Assembly: GCA_030740155.1 (NCBI GenBank)
Contig: JASLXV010000020.1
Coordinates: 15,994-79,993 of the forward strand
Origin: Dehalococcoidia bacterium
GTDB taxonomy: Bacteria > Chloroflexota > Dehalococcoidia > Lucifugimonadales > UBA3495
Direction of reading: 5' to 3'
DNA length: 64,000 nt
Below are positions 10,323 through 19,883 of this stretch, piece after piece (the first letter of the stretch is position 1; each line of letters begins with the position of its first letter). The position numbers and the translations under genes are program-made. Under the pieces are notes generated by a model. That model was not told where the DNA came from, ran no database searches, and saw only the letters and a list, made by a program, of their open reading frames with translations.

Positions 10323-10862
10323 TTAATTCTCTACGCCCACGTCGACGTAGCGCTCGGTGCAGAGGACGTCGCCGTTCTGGTTGACGAAGGTGTTTTCCGT
10401 GACGATGAACAGGAGCCGGCCGCTGCGTCCCGTCTTCTCGTAGGCGTCAGCCAGGCGGCGGTGTTGGGTGATCCGGTCGCCGACCCTGGCTAGCTGATGT
10501 ATCTCCAGGTCGCTGTAGGCATGGAAGACCAGAAGGTGGGGAGGCCACGGAATCCCTTTCGTCGTCTCGACCGATTCCTCGGCGCGGGAGTCGGTCGACA
10601 CCGACTTCAGGGGGTCAGGCGTTCCGGACGCCCGCCGGCGCGCACCGGTTATTGGGTAGGAGCCGGGCGCCACCACGCCGCCGTACTTGAGGTTTCGGGC
10701 GTGGTCCTCATCGTAGTAGATTGGGCTGTCGTCCACCGTCGCCTGAGCGAAGCGGCGCACCTCGCTGGTGGACAGCTTATCGCAACTGGTGACCGCGGGG
10801 AATTCCCGGCCGAGAGCCGCCCGGAGTTCGTCGGTTATCAGGCTCTCCGTCTCGTTGGCCAT
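10323..10862 (-). CDS. MaoC/FAS1-type dehydratase N-terminal-domain protein
   Basis: VRRFAQAT, PIYYDE, YGGVVAP, YEKTGRSGRLLF, NQNG; RBS GGAGGT upstream of the ATG at 10862. Confidence 0.8.
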   Translation of the reverse strand: MANETESLITDELRAALGREFPAVTSCDKLSTSEVRRFAQATVDDSPIYYDEDHARNLKYGGVVAPGSYPITGARRRASGTPDPLKSVSTDSRAEESVETTKGIPWPPHLLVFHAYSDLEIHQLARVGDRITQHRRLADAYEKTGRSGRLLFIVTENTFVNQNGDVLCTERYVDVGVEN

Positions 10863-10973
10863 GCCTACCTCCACCTGCCAGGGCTGACGCGACGTCCTGT
10901 AGTCGCCGCCGCTTGCTTGAGTTTCCCGGGGACATATTACTATACGGCCCAGGGAAGACGCTATCCCGGGGCG

Positions 10974-11161
10974 CCCTCACCCTCGGTCCCTCTCCCAGAA
11001 GGAGAGGGATGCCCTGGCGCAGCCTCGGCAGGGCGAGGGCGTCCTGGTAGGCTGAGCAAACAAGTTATTTTTCCAGGTGATACCGGGATAACTCGCCCCA
11101 TCTCGTCCCCTCGCCCTCTAGGAGAGGGACGCCCTGGCGCAGCCTGGGCAGGGTGAGGGCC
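10974..11161. repeat. Composite REP-like element (CCCTCTCCC..GGAGAGGG palindromes) with a ~40-bp direct repeat
   Basis: GAGAGGGAYGCCCTGGCGCAGCCTSGGCAGGGYGAGGGC occurs twice (~11002 and ~11122) in the divergent intergenic region. Confidence 0.7.
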
Positions 11162-11282
11162 GTTGACGCGGGCTGGAGCCCCGGTTACAGTTGGAGGCGC
11201 TTTCGAGGGACCAAATGCGAGCGGTCCTCGGCGGAAATAGTTACGCCTGCGGATCCGTTCCCACCTGTTGAGAGGGGAGTTT

Positions 11283-13058
11283 GTGGTTAGAGAATTTCGT
11301 GGCCAGATAGACCCCATTACCCTGGAGGTAGTGGGCAACGCTTTCATTTCCATCGCCGACGAGATGTGGGCCGCCCTAGTGCGGGCGGCTTACTCCAACA
11401 ACATCAAGGAGCGGGAGGACTGCTCGTCGACGATCCAAGACCCCGGCGGCCGGGTGGTGACCCAGGGGAAGAACAGCATTGCCGTGCACCTGTCATCCTT
11501 CCTGAGCACCGTTAATGCCATCAAACGTTTCCACCCGGTGGAGAGCATGTCGGAAGGCGACCTGTTTATCATCAACGACCCCTACGGTGGGGGGCCATCC
11601 CATTTGATCGATGTCACCTTCATGATGCCGGTGTTCCACGAGGGGCAGCTGGTGGCTTTCGTGGGCAACACCGGACACTGGCCGGACATCGGAGGGAAGG
11701 CACCCGGCCAGGGCGCGGTGGGGGATGCCCGGGAGATCTACCAGGAGGGCCTGAGGATGCCGGCCCTGAGGCTGTACCGGGCCGGCGAACTCCAGCGCGA
11801 TATTCATGAGCTTATTCTGCTCAACGTGCGCGGCCCCAGTGAGCGGGAAGGGGACATGCGGGCCCACATCGCATCGTTGAAGCTGGGAGAGCGCCGGATC
11901 AAAGAGATGTGCGTGCGGTACGGCGCCGGATTCCTCTTGAACTGCATGAGCGAGCTGATGGACTATTCGGAGAGACGAACCCGCCAGGCCATCGCGGAAC
12001 TCCCCGAGGGCAGCTATACCCACCAGGACTTCATGGACGATGATCACTTCTCCGACGAGCCGATTCCCATTGTAGCCACTCTCACGGTATCCCACACGCC
12101 GGAGCCGAACTTCCTGGTCGACTTCGCCGGAACGGGCGGCCCGGCCCAATGCGGCATCAACCTCACTCGGGAAGGCACCCTGGCGGCGGTTTACTGGGTC
12201 CTCAAGGGGATTATTGCCCTCGACATCCCGGTCAACGATGGCTTCAACCGCGCCATCAAAGTGGTGGCCCCGGACAACTGCATCGTCAATCCGCGGCCGC
12301 CCTCCCCCGTGGGCGCCCGGTACGAAACTGTGACCCTGGTCGTCGACGTGCTGCTTGGGGCGCTGGGACAGGCGCTGCCCCACAAAGCCATCGCTGCATC
12401 TCATGGCTCCCATGGGATCGGTTTCGCCGGACGGGGGTCACGGTACTTCATTTACTACGAAACCGTCGGCGGCGGCACCGGGGGTACTGCCTTCAAAGAC
12501 GGGGTCGACTGCTGCCACAACACGTCGAACCTTCCCATCGAGGCCGCCGAGTTGGAGTTTCCGCTGCACGTGGAGTGCCTCGAGTTCGTCCCCGACTCAG
12601 AGGGCCCCGGGCAATTCCGTGGCGGTTTGGGCGTGCGGAAGGCCTGGAAGATCCTCGACGACTCCTTCATCAACACCCACTCGCTGCGGCATACGATTCA
12701 CCCCCAGGGCCTCTTCGGGGGGTACGAAGCGCCGGGCTGCCGTATTGTGCTCAACGCCGGCGAACCCGATGAGACCCTGCTGTCCCGGCTGAGCACCCTG
12801 GTGGAGGTCAGCCCCGGCGACGTGTTGTCCGTGGTCACTCCCGGCGGAGGTGGGCTTGGGCCGCCCGAGGAGCGAGCCTCCGAGCGGGTGCTTCGAGACT
12901 ATCTCAACGACAAGATCTCCCTGGCGAGGGCCCGGAGCGTCTACCGCGTGGCCATCGACGCCGAAACCGGGCAGGTGGACCAGGAAGCAACCCGGCGCTT
13001 GAGACAGCCGGTGCCGGACGGGAACTCGCGGCCCGCGCCGGGCGCCGGGAGGTCTTAA
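11283..13058 (+). CDS. hyuB: Hydantoinase B / 5-oxoprolinase B subunit
   Basis: DPITLEV, NDPYGGGPSHLID, HWPDIGG, EIYQEGL, PGQFRGG, TPGGGGLG. Confidence 0.9.
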   Translation: MVREFRGQIDPITLEVVGNAFISIADEMWAALVRAAYSNNIKEREDCSSTIQDPGGRVVTQGKNSIAVHLSSFLSTVNAIKRFHPVESMSEGDLFIINDPYGGGPSHLIDVTFMMPVFHEGQLVAFVGNTGHWPDIGGKAPGQGAVGDAREIYQEGLRMPALRLYRAGELQRDIHELILLNVRGPSEREGDMRAHIASLKLGERRIKEMCVRYGAGFLLNCMSELMDYSERRTRQAIAELPEGSYTHQDFMDDDHFSDEPIPIVATLTVSHTPEPNFLVDFAGTGGPAQCGINLTREGTLAAVYWVLKGIIALDIPVNDGFNRAIKVVAPDNCIVNPRPPSPVGARYETVTLVVDVLLGALGQALPHKAIAASHGSHGIGFAGRGSRYFIYYETVGGGTGGTAFKDGVDCCHNTSNLPIEAAELEFPLHVECLEFVPDSEGPGQFRGGLGVRKAWKILDDSFINTHSLRHTIHPQGLFGGYEAPGCRIVLNAGEPDETLLSRLSTLVEVSPGDVLSVVTPGGGGLGPPEERASERVLRDYLNDKISLARARSVYRVAIDAETGQVDQEATRRLRQPVPDGNSRPAPGAGRS

Positions 13059-13060
13059 AT

Positions 13061-15160
13061 ATGGCACGGTACCGCATTGGGATCGACATTGGGGGCACGT
13101 TCACCGACCACGTCCTCCACGACGAAGACACCGGGCAGACCCTCAACATCAAGGTCCCCACTACCCCGTCAGACCTATCGCGCTGCTTCCTGGAGGGGCT
13201 CCGGGCACTGGAAGATAAGGTGGAGCGAGGGCTTCCGGGCCTGGAATTCATCGCCCACGGGACGACCGTGAACACCAACGCCATCATCCAGAGGCAAGGC
13301 GCCAAGGCCGCGCTCCTTACCACCAAGGGATTCCGGGATGTTCTGGAAATCGGGCGGCAGATCAGGCCGGGCGCTTACGACTTCTTCTCGGAACGGCCGG
13401 CTCCCCTCGCGCCCCGGTCACTGCGGCTCGAAGTAGCGGAGCGCATCGCCAGCGACGGCTCTGTCATCGCGCCCCTCAGTGAGCCGGACCTCATGGAAGC
13501 GGTGAAATTCTTTCTGCAGCACCGGGTGGACGCGGTTGCCGTTTGCTTTCTCAATTCGTACGCCAATCCGGCCCACGAGCTGGAGGCCCAGAGGATACTG
13601 AAGCGGGAACTTCCCGGCGTGTACATCGCCATCTCCGCCGAGGTGTCCCGTGAGTTCCGCGAGTTCGAGCGCACCAGCACCGTTGTCGCGGACGCCTACG
13701 TCGGGCCGCTGTTCATCAGCTACCTGGATAAGCTGGAGTCGGAGTTGGAGACGCTTCTCGGTGAATCCGGCCGCCTGGTCATTATGCACTCTGGCGGTGG
13801 CCTGATGTCCGTGGAACGCGCCCGCCATCGCCCCCACACCACCATCGAGTCAGGCCCGGCGGCCGGGGTGATCGCGGCGGCCGAGCTTGGCGTCCAGGTT
13901 GGAATTCCGAGCGTTATTTCCTTCGATATGGGCGGCACCACCGCCAAGGCCAGCCTGGTGGAGAAGGGCCAGCCCCGGACCCTCAGCATGTTTGGGATTG
14001 GGGAGGGCCAGCACGGGGGTATCGGAGGGCGCATCACGGGTATCCCCATCAGGTCGCCCATCGTCGATGTGGTGGAATGCGGCACCGGCGGTGGCAGCGT
14101 CGCCTGGGTGGACAGCGGCGGCCTGCTCAAGGTCGGCCCCCAGAGCGCCGGAGCCGAGCCCGGACCGGCGTGCTACGACGCCGGAGGAACCGAGCCCACG
14201 GTGACTGATGCCCACGTGGTCTTGGGCAGGCTGGACCCGGTCTTCTTCCTAGGCGGTCAGATGCGGCTGAAGAGCGAGTTGGCCCACCGTGCCGTTGAAG
14301 AAAAGGTAGCGGGCCCGCTGGGGATGTCGACGGTGGAGGCGGCTCAGGGAATAATCGACGTGGTCAACGCGAACATGGGGCGAATCCTCCGGGTGGTGTC
14401 GATCGCCCGGGGTTTCGATCCCCGGGATTTCGCCCTTGTCGCCTTCGGCGGGGCGGGACCGCTGCACGCGGCGGAGTTGGCGGCGGAGTTGGGGATCGGA
14501 CGGGTCATCGTGCCGCCACGGCCGGGCCTGTTCTCGGCCCAGGGCATGCTCATGGCCGACCTTCAGGCAAGTCTACGCCTGACCCGGCTCGTAAGGGTAA
14601 TCCCCGAGAACCTGGAAACGATACGCGGAACCCTGGCCGAGCTGGAAGCCGAGGGTGAGGCCGCACTGAACCTGGAGAAAGTCCCCGAGGAACGGCGCGA
14701 GATTTCGACGACGATCGAGATGCGCTACGTAGGGCAAAATTTCGAGCTGGATGTGCCCGTTCCGAAGGCTCCTGAGACGGCAGCCGACCTGGAATCGCTC
14801 CTGGCCCAGTTCCACGCAATCCACGAGCGGACCTACGGCCATTGCGAGCCGCGGGAACCGGTGGTCGCGGTGACCTTCAAAGTCCTTGCCGTGGGTAGAA
14901 TGCCGAGGCCGGTTCCGAAGAAGCAGGCCGACGGCGGACCTGACGCCGGCGGAGCATTTCTGGGCGCTCGCAAGGTGTTTCTCAAGCAGGCCGGCGGGCT
15001 TATCGAGTGCCAGGCGTTTGACCGGGATCGTCTGACGGCAGGAAATACCCTGGACGGGCCAGCCATCATCTATCAGAGCGACACCACCACCCTGGTGATG
15101 ACCGGGCAACGGGCCGAGGTCGACCAGTACGGTAACCTTCACCTGGTGGGGAAGGGCTAG
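13061..15160 (+). CDS. hyuA: Hydantoinase A / 5-oxoprolinase ATP-binding subunit
   Basis: GIDIGGTFTD, HGTTVNTNA, ESGPAAG, DMGGTTAK, GGAGPLHA. Confidence 0.9.
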   Translation: MARYRIGIDIGGTFTDHVLHDEDTGQTLNIKVPTTPSDLSRCFLEGLRALEDKVERGLPGLEFIAHGTTVNTNAIIQRQGAKAALLTTKGFRDVLEIGRQIRPGAYDFFSERPAPLAPRSLRLEVAERIASDGSVIAPLSEPDLMEAVKFFLQHRVDAVAVCFLNSYANPAHELEAQRILKRELPGVYIAISAEVSREFREFERTSTVVADAYVGPLFISYLDKLESELETLLGESGRLVIMHSGGGLMSVERARHRPHTTIESGPAAGVIAAAELGVQVGIPSVISFDMGGTTAKASLVEKGQPRTLSMFGIGEGQHGGIGGRITGIPIRSPIVDVVECGTGGGSVAWVDSGGLLKVGPQSAGAEPGPACYDAGGTEPTVTDAHVVLGRLDPVFFLGGQMRLKSELAHRAVEEKVAGPLGMSTVEAAQGIIDVVNANMGRILRVVSIARGFDPRDFALVAFGGAGPLHAAELAAELGIGRVIVPPRPGLFSAQGMLMADLQASLRLTRLVRVIPENLETIRGTLAELEAEGEAALNLEKVPEERREISTTIEMRYVGQNFELDVPVPKAPETAADLESLLAQFHAIHERTYGHCEPREPVVAVTFKVLAVGRMPRPVPKKQADGGPDAGGAFLGARKVFLKQAGGLIECQAFDRDRLTAGNTLDGPAIIYQSDTTTLVMTGQRAEVDQYGNLHLVGKG

Positions 15161-15290
15161 TACTCAGTCAACCTATTGCTGATAGTTGTCATTCAGAGCG
15201 AAGCGAAGAATCTCGTTGTTACGCTGAGATTCTTCGTCGCTGCGCTCCTCAGAATGACATCCTGCCAAAACGAGGTTGACTGACCACTAG
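15157..15290. mobile_element. MITE-like element: CTAG-flanked, 14-bp terminal inverted repeats, internal REP palindrome
   Basis: CTAG-TACTCAGTCAACCT ... AGGTTGACTGACCA-CTAG (12/14 match), enclosing GTCATTCAGAGCGAAGCGAAGAATCTC / GAGATTCTTCGTCGCTGCGCTCCTCAGAATGAC. Confidence 0.65.
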
Positions 15291-15529
15291 GCCCGGACTG
15301 GTGGAGACAAGAGACCTCGGTTGAGAGGGACACGCGATGCTATTCGAGGAGAGCATGGATGCTTTTCTTCGGAGACAGCAACCCATCCCTCGCCACCAAC
15401 CCGCCCGCGCCCCTCTGAGGCAGCGCGGAACTCGCCCTGCTGTACAGAATTGGGATAAGTTGAAATGGGATTACCCTGTTTCGATACCCACTCTAGCGTC
15501 GGTAAATCAAAGCGAGCGTATCGAGGTGA

Positions 15530-16009
15530 ATGTTGGACAAGTATGCTTTGGCCAGGGTTATTCACGTGCTGTCGGTGGTGCTCTGGATCGGTGGCGTAGC
15601 CATGGTAACGACCGTGCTGATACCTGCGATACGGAAGATGGGGCCCAGTGCGGATCAAGTCGGCCTTTTCGAACGGCTCGAGTCACGTTTCGCATTGCAG
15701 GCCAAGATCACAACGCTCCTAGCCGGCCTGTCAGGCTTCTACATGCTCGACTTTATCGACGCGTGGGGTCGATATACCGAGCCCAAGTTCTGGTGGGTTC
15801 ATGCCATGACGATGGTCTGGGTATTGTTCATGTTCGTGCTTTTCGTCGCGGAGCCGCTGTTCCTACACCGGCTGTTCAAGAAACACGCGCAAAGAGACCC
15901 GGTCAAAACATTCGCCATCGTGCACCGTTTGCATCTGATTCTGTTGGCCGTGAGCCTGGTGACCATGGCGGGAGCGGTGGCGGGCAGCCACGGCTGGTTC
16001 GTATTCTAA
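15530..16009 (+). CDS. Four-helix membrane protein (CopD/DUF2269-like fold, function unknown)
   Basis: RBS GAGGTG; four hydrophobic segments; HVLSVVLWIGG, WWVHAM, RLH, GSHG; visibly lower GC than neighbours. Confidence 0.7.
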   Translation: MLDKYALARVIHVLSVVLWIGGVAMVTTVLIPAIRKMGPSADQVGLFERLESRFALQAKITTLLAGLSGFYMLDFIDAWGRYTEPKFWWVHAMTMVWVLFMFVLFVAEPLFLHRLFKKHAQRDPVKTFAIVHRLHLILLAVSLVTMAGAVAGSHGWFVF

Positions 16010-16118
16010 CGCCGAAAGGCGATGTTCAAATAGCAGGCGTGACAACGCATCGTCACGTCCGTGCCCAGCCACCGACGATTGTGCTAGACTGGGACCAGAT
16101 TCGGTGAGGAGGAGTGAT

Positions 16119-16859
16119 ATGACCACCGCGGAGAGGAAACGGATAGGCCTGTTGGTGCCAGCCCGCAACCGCACGATGGAAGACGATTTCTCGGGTTGGA
16201 TGCCTCGGTCGGTGGCCCTTCATACCATGCGAATGTACTTCCCACCGACGGAACCTCCCACGATGGAAGAGAGGCTTCAGCTAATGGACGACCAGGTAGG
16301 TGAGTCGGCCCGGCTGCTCACCCTGGTCCGCCCCGACGTTATCGCCTTCGGGTGCACCAGCGGGAGCTTCCTGCACGGTCTGGGGTGGGATCAGAAGATG
16401 ATCGAGGAGATCGAGATGGTCTCCGGAGGAATCCCGACGGTAGCCACGGCGCGTTGTGTCGTCGATGCCCTCAACGAGCTAGGCGTGAAGAGGATTGCGG
16501 CGGCGTCGCCATACCCGCCGGAGATCAACGAGCGGCTGAAGAAGTACCTGGGCGACGCCGGTTTCGACGTGGTCAATTTCGACTATGAGGATGGGCGAAA
16601 GGTCGGGAATGTGGACCTGTTCGACCTGGATGTCGTGTACGAGCTTGGGAAGCGGGTGGACCGGACGGAAGCTGAAGCCATCTTCATCAGCTGTACCAAT
16701 CTCCGGGCCGCGTCCATTATCGAGAGGCTTGAAAAGGAGACCGGCAAGCCGGTGGTGACCTCCAACCAGGCCACGTTCTGGGCCTGCCTCCGGAAGTTGG
16801 GAATCGACGAGTCCATTCCGGGGGCGGGAAAACTGCTGCGGGAGCGAGTCCCGGCCTGA
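16119..16859 (+). CDS. Maleate isomerase / Asp-Glu racemase family protein
   Basis: RIGLLVP, FGCTSGS and ISCTNL (both catalytic Cys present), KPVVTSNQA; RBS GAGGAG. Confidence 0.85.
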   Translation: MTTAERKRIGLLVPARNRTMEDDFSGWMPRSVALHTMRMYFPPTEPPTMEERLQLMDDQVGESARLLTLVRPDVIAFGCTSGSFLHGLGWDQKMIEEIEMVSGGIPTVATARCVVDALNELGVKRIAAASPYPPEINERLKKYLGDAGFDVVNFDYEDGRKVGNVDLFDLDVVYELGKRVDRTEAEAIFISCTNLRAASIIERLEKETGKPVVTSNQATFWACLRKLGIDESIPGAGKLLRERVPA

Positions 16860-16978
16860 TTGTCGCGGGGTTGGTTGGCATTGGGGGGCGATCCCCATCC
16901 ACCGGGTTTCACCCGTGTCAATCCGAGGCGCCGGCAGTCTCCGGCGCGGGATACCGGCCCGGCCCTGCGATAGCTCAA

Positions 16979-17015
16979 AACGCACCCCATCCCCCCGCGG
17001 CGGATGGGGTGCGTT
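16979..17015. terminator. Hairpin between convergent genes, likely bidirectional terminator
   Basis: AACGCACCCCATCC ... GGATGGGGTGCGTT 14-bp stem. Confidence 0.6.
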
Positions 17016-17037
17016 GATCGTTTCCCTTCGGGCCTCG

Positions 17038-17865
17038 TTAGACGCTGTCGATGAACCGGAGGGTGGCCTCTACGCACTGGTCGGGTATATGCAGTTGGAT
17101 TCCGGCGGCGATGTTGGGAAAGACCACCAAACCCTTGCAGTTGCCGAGCTGGCTCTTGACGAAAAGCTGGTCGTCGATAGGAGAGTTGGCGCTCTTGTCG
17201 CCGGTCATCAGGAGCGTGGGGGCCATTATCTTGGGAAGCGCTCCCGACAGGTCGACGGCCTGGAAGACGAGTTGAAGGGCGATTGCCCCGGCGTGGGACG
17301 TCTTGGAATGCTCCTCAATGTGCCACTCCACCATTCTGGGGTCCGCCAGGTCCATGTCCAGCCGGTTGGACATGGTGTTGACGAGCCATTGCCTGAGTCC
17401 CAGCTTGTCGATGGCATCCGCCATTGAAGCGGTGCCCTGGTTGTATAGGGACCTTGGCTTGTCGAGGATCTTGTACGGGGTGTTCACCAGGGTGAGGCTC
17501 TTGATCCAGTCGGGGTGGGTGATGGCGGTAAACATCCCCATGGTGCCTCCGGATTCAAAGCCCACCCAGTGGAGCTTCTTTATTCCCAGATCGTCGGCGA
17601 TATCCAGGCAATCCTGGGACAGGCGTTCGGCGGTCCACGGGGGGTCGCTGGGGGGCACGTCGGACTGTCCACAACCTCGGCAGTCGTTTCTGATTACCTT
17701 GTATTTCCGTGACAGGCACGGCACCCACTGAATCCACCACTTCCCGCTTCGGGCATAGCCGTGGTGCATGAAAATGGCCTCATCCGTTTCCGGGGCCCAG
17801 GGGTCTCTGAAGTCGTCCACGTAGTAGTGAAGCTCCACGCCGTCACTGGCTTTGACCTTTGGCAT
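17038..17865 (-). CDS. Alpha/beta hydrolase fold protein with atypical catalytic residues
   Basis: HHG, DCRGCGQS and PTLLMTGD present; elbow reads GFESGG; the usual C-terminal His position reads NIAAG. Confidence 0.8.
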   Translation of the reverse strand: MPKVKASDGVELHYYVDDFRDPWAPETDEAIFMHHGYARSGKWWIQWVPCLSRKYKVIRNDCRGCGQSDVPPSDPPWTAERLSQDCLDIADDLGIKKLHWVGFESGGTMGMFTAITHPDWIKSLTLVNTPYKILDKPRSLYNQGTASMADAIDKLGLRQWLVNTMSNRLDMDLADPRMVEWHIEEHSKTSHAGAIALQLVFQAVDLSGALPKIMAPTLLMTGDKSANSPIDDQLFVKSQLGNCKGLVVFPNIAAGIQLHIPDQCVEATLRFIDSV

Positions 17866-18194
17866 CCCTCTAACCTCCAGCGGGGAAGCGGTCTTCGTAA
17901 AGCTGTCCCCGTCTCAGTGCTCCGGTCCCCAAGACTTCTCGAGCATCACCCCACCTGACGCCCACGCATTCGCTGGTGCTAGTGATTATATAGCGTAGCG
18001 TCTAAGGACCGGCGCACTCGCTGCCCAGTCTACCAATAAGCGCTCATTTTTCCCACCTTATTGGCCGAACGGCAGGTGAGGCGCCGGTCCCCCGGCGGCC
18101 TGAAGGGCGTAAGGGGCGTGATCTTCCCAGGGCCACGGGGCCGGGCCTGCCCAGCGTGCTGAAGCTGAGGAAACGCTCCATATCAAGGTGGATG

Positions 18195-18223
18195 TTGCCA
18201 CCGGCGGCGAGAGACGTTATCAT
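18195..18223 (+). promoter_or_regulatory. Sigma70-type promoter of the SelA-like gene
   Basis: TTGCCA-N17-TATCAT, ~90 nt upstream of the ATG at 18315. Confidence 0.55.
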
Positions 18224-18314
18224 AACCGCGCCGGAAGCTGGCGAAGAGGTCATCCGGGCCTGAAAACGGAGCGGCCGGCGAAACCTACCTGGCACGGCGC
18301 GTAAGGAGACGACA

Positions 18315-19463
18315 ATGGCGCAGCAAGAATGGGGTCAAATCTACAAAGAGCTGGGCGCGGTCCCGGTCATCAACGCCACCGGCAGCGTGACTCTCCTCGG
18401 CGGGTCAACGCCCATTCCCGAGGTAAGAGAAGCGATGGATCGGGCCGACAGCGCCTACGTACCTCTGATGGAACTCGAGGAGAAGGCTGGTGCAGCCATC
18501 GCCAAGATGCTGAACGTTCCAGCAGCGTATATCACTTCCGGAGCGGGGTCCGCGCTGACCTTGGCGACCGCCGCCTTCATGGCCGGTGACGACGACGCCA
18601 AGATTGAGCAGCTTCCGAACACCACCGGCATGAAGAACGAGATCCTCATTCAGCGGAGGCACCGCTACTGGTATGACCGGTGCCTGGCCCTGGCCGGGGC
18701 GACGCTGGTGGAGTTCGGGTCTGAGGAAGGAACAACTCGGGAGGACCTGGAAAAGGCAATCGGCCCCAAGACGGCCGCGGTCCACTACGTCGCCATGGAA
18801 CAAACCCCGGACTCTAAGGAGCTGCCTCTGGCGGATACCATCGAGATTGCCCACGCTCAGGGCGTGCCGGTAATGGTGGACTCCGCCGGGCAGATATATC
18901 CTCTGGAGAATTTTGGGAAGTACGTCAGGATGGGGGCCGATTTCCAATGCATCGCCGCCAAGTACATGGGCTCTTGCCAGTCGACTGGCCTCGCCTTGGG
19001 CAACGCGGAGACGATCCGCAAGCTCTCCCTGCAGGCGTTCGCCAGCTATGAGGGCCGCCGCATCCGGGGGGTCGGAAGACCTCAGAAGATCGACCGTCAG
19101 GAGATGGTCGGCGTGGTGGCGGCGGTAAACCGCTGGATAACGATGAATCACGAAGACCGGCTGGCTGTCGCGGAGCGGAAATGCGCGAACATGGCAGCCC
19201 CGCTTGGAAACATTCCCGGAGTGAAGGTCGATATGATCGACAATATCATCGGGCACCAACCCTATGGCGTGAACCTGAGTGTGGACGCGGCCGTGACCGG
19301 CATGACGATCCAAGACGTGTCGGCCAAGCTGAAAGAGGGCGATCCTCCCATCTGGACCAGGGTCCGCGATGGCCAGGACTGGATCACGCTGCACACCTTC
19401 GGTCTGGCCGAGGGTGAGGACAAAATCGTTGGTGCGCGGATCGCGGAGCTGTTCGGCAAGTAG
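18315..19463 (+). CDS. SelA-related PLP-dependent enzyme (DgaE-like; probably not true selenocysteine synthase)
   Basis: PVINATG..TLLGGS, ITSGAGSAL, VMVDSAG, AAKYMG (PLP Lys). At 382 aa it lacks the N-terminal tRNA-binding extension of SelA. Confidence 0.75.
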   Translation: MAQQEWGQIYKELGAVPVINATGSVTLLGGSTPIPEVREAMDRADSAYVPLMELEEKAGAAIAKMLNVPAAYITSGAGSALTLATAAFMAGDDDAKIEQLPNTTGMKNEILIQRRHRYWYDRCLALAGATLVEFGSEEGTTREDLEKAIGPKTAAVHYVAMEQTPDSKELPLADTIEIAHAQGVPVMVDSAGQIYPLENFGKYVRMGADFQCIAAKYMGSCQSTGLALGNAETIRKLSLQAFASYEGRRIRGVGRPQKIDRQEMVGVVAAVNRWITMNHEDRLAVAERKCANMAAPLGNIPGVKVDMIDNIIGHQPYGVNLSVDAAVTGMTIQDVSAKLKEGDPPIWTRVRDGQDWITLHTFGLAEGEDKIVGARIAELFGK

Positions 19464-19524
19464 TCAACTCGAGGGGGGGACCGGGTGTAACCGGTTGCCC
19501 TTACCCCACAATTAAGTGGTTTTT

Positions 19525-19563
19525 GGGGCATCCCATCCGCCATAGGTGAATGGGATGCCCCTT
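19525..19563. terminator. Strong hairpin after the SelA-like gene
   Basis: GGGGCATCCCAT...ATGGGATGCCCC, with TTTTT before and TT after. Confidence 0.6.
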
Positions 19564-19662
19564 CTAAAATCATCAAGGCTTGGCATCAAGGCCAAGACTT
19601 CTAAGAGCAAAGCCACGCCGGCGTTCCGGAGGGCAAAGCGGCACTGTCATTGGTACGAGAAT

Positions 19663-19749
19663 GTCATGCCGAGCCAGCCGCGGCAGCGAGGCATCTGGGG
19701 TGGGGATTCTCCTCCGCCTCCCCAGACCCTTCGGTTCACTGGGGGTGAC
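19663..19749 (+). repeat. Dispersed ~87-bp repeat, copy 1
   Basis: GTCATGCCGAGCCAGCCGCGGCAGCGAGGCATCTGGG...GATTCTCCTCC..CCCCAGACCC...GGGGTGAC; inverted homologue at 31861-31947. Confidence 0.75.
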
Positions 19750-19883
19750 ACTTGGTACCTTCAAGGTCAGGCCGATCTGAGAATCTTCCCGGCTTGACTT
19801 CCACCGCGTTGATCACTTAATCTGCGCCAGGAATGACATCAGGGGATTGCCTTTCGGGAACGGGCAATCTGGGAGAAGCACAG

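Noticed and set aside
18315..19463. selA supporting the UGSC selenoproteins
   Set aside because: Too short, lacks the SelA N-terminal domain, and no selB/selC/selD nearby; fits the SelA-like/DgaE group better.
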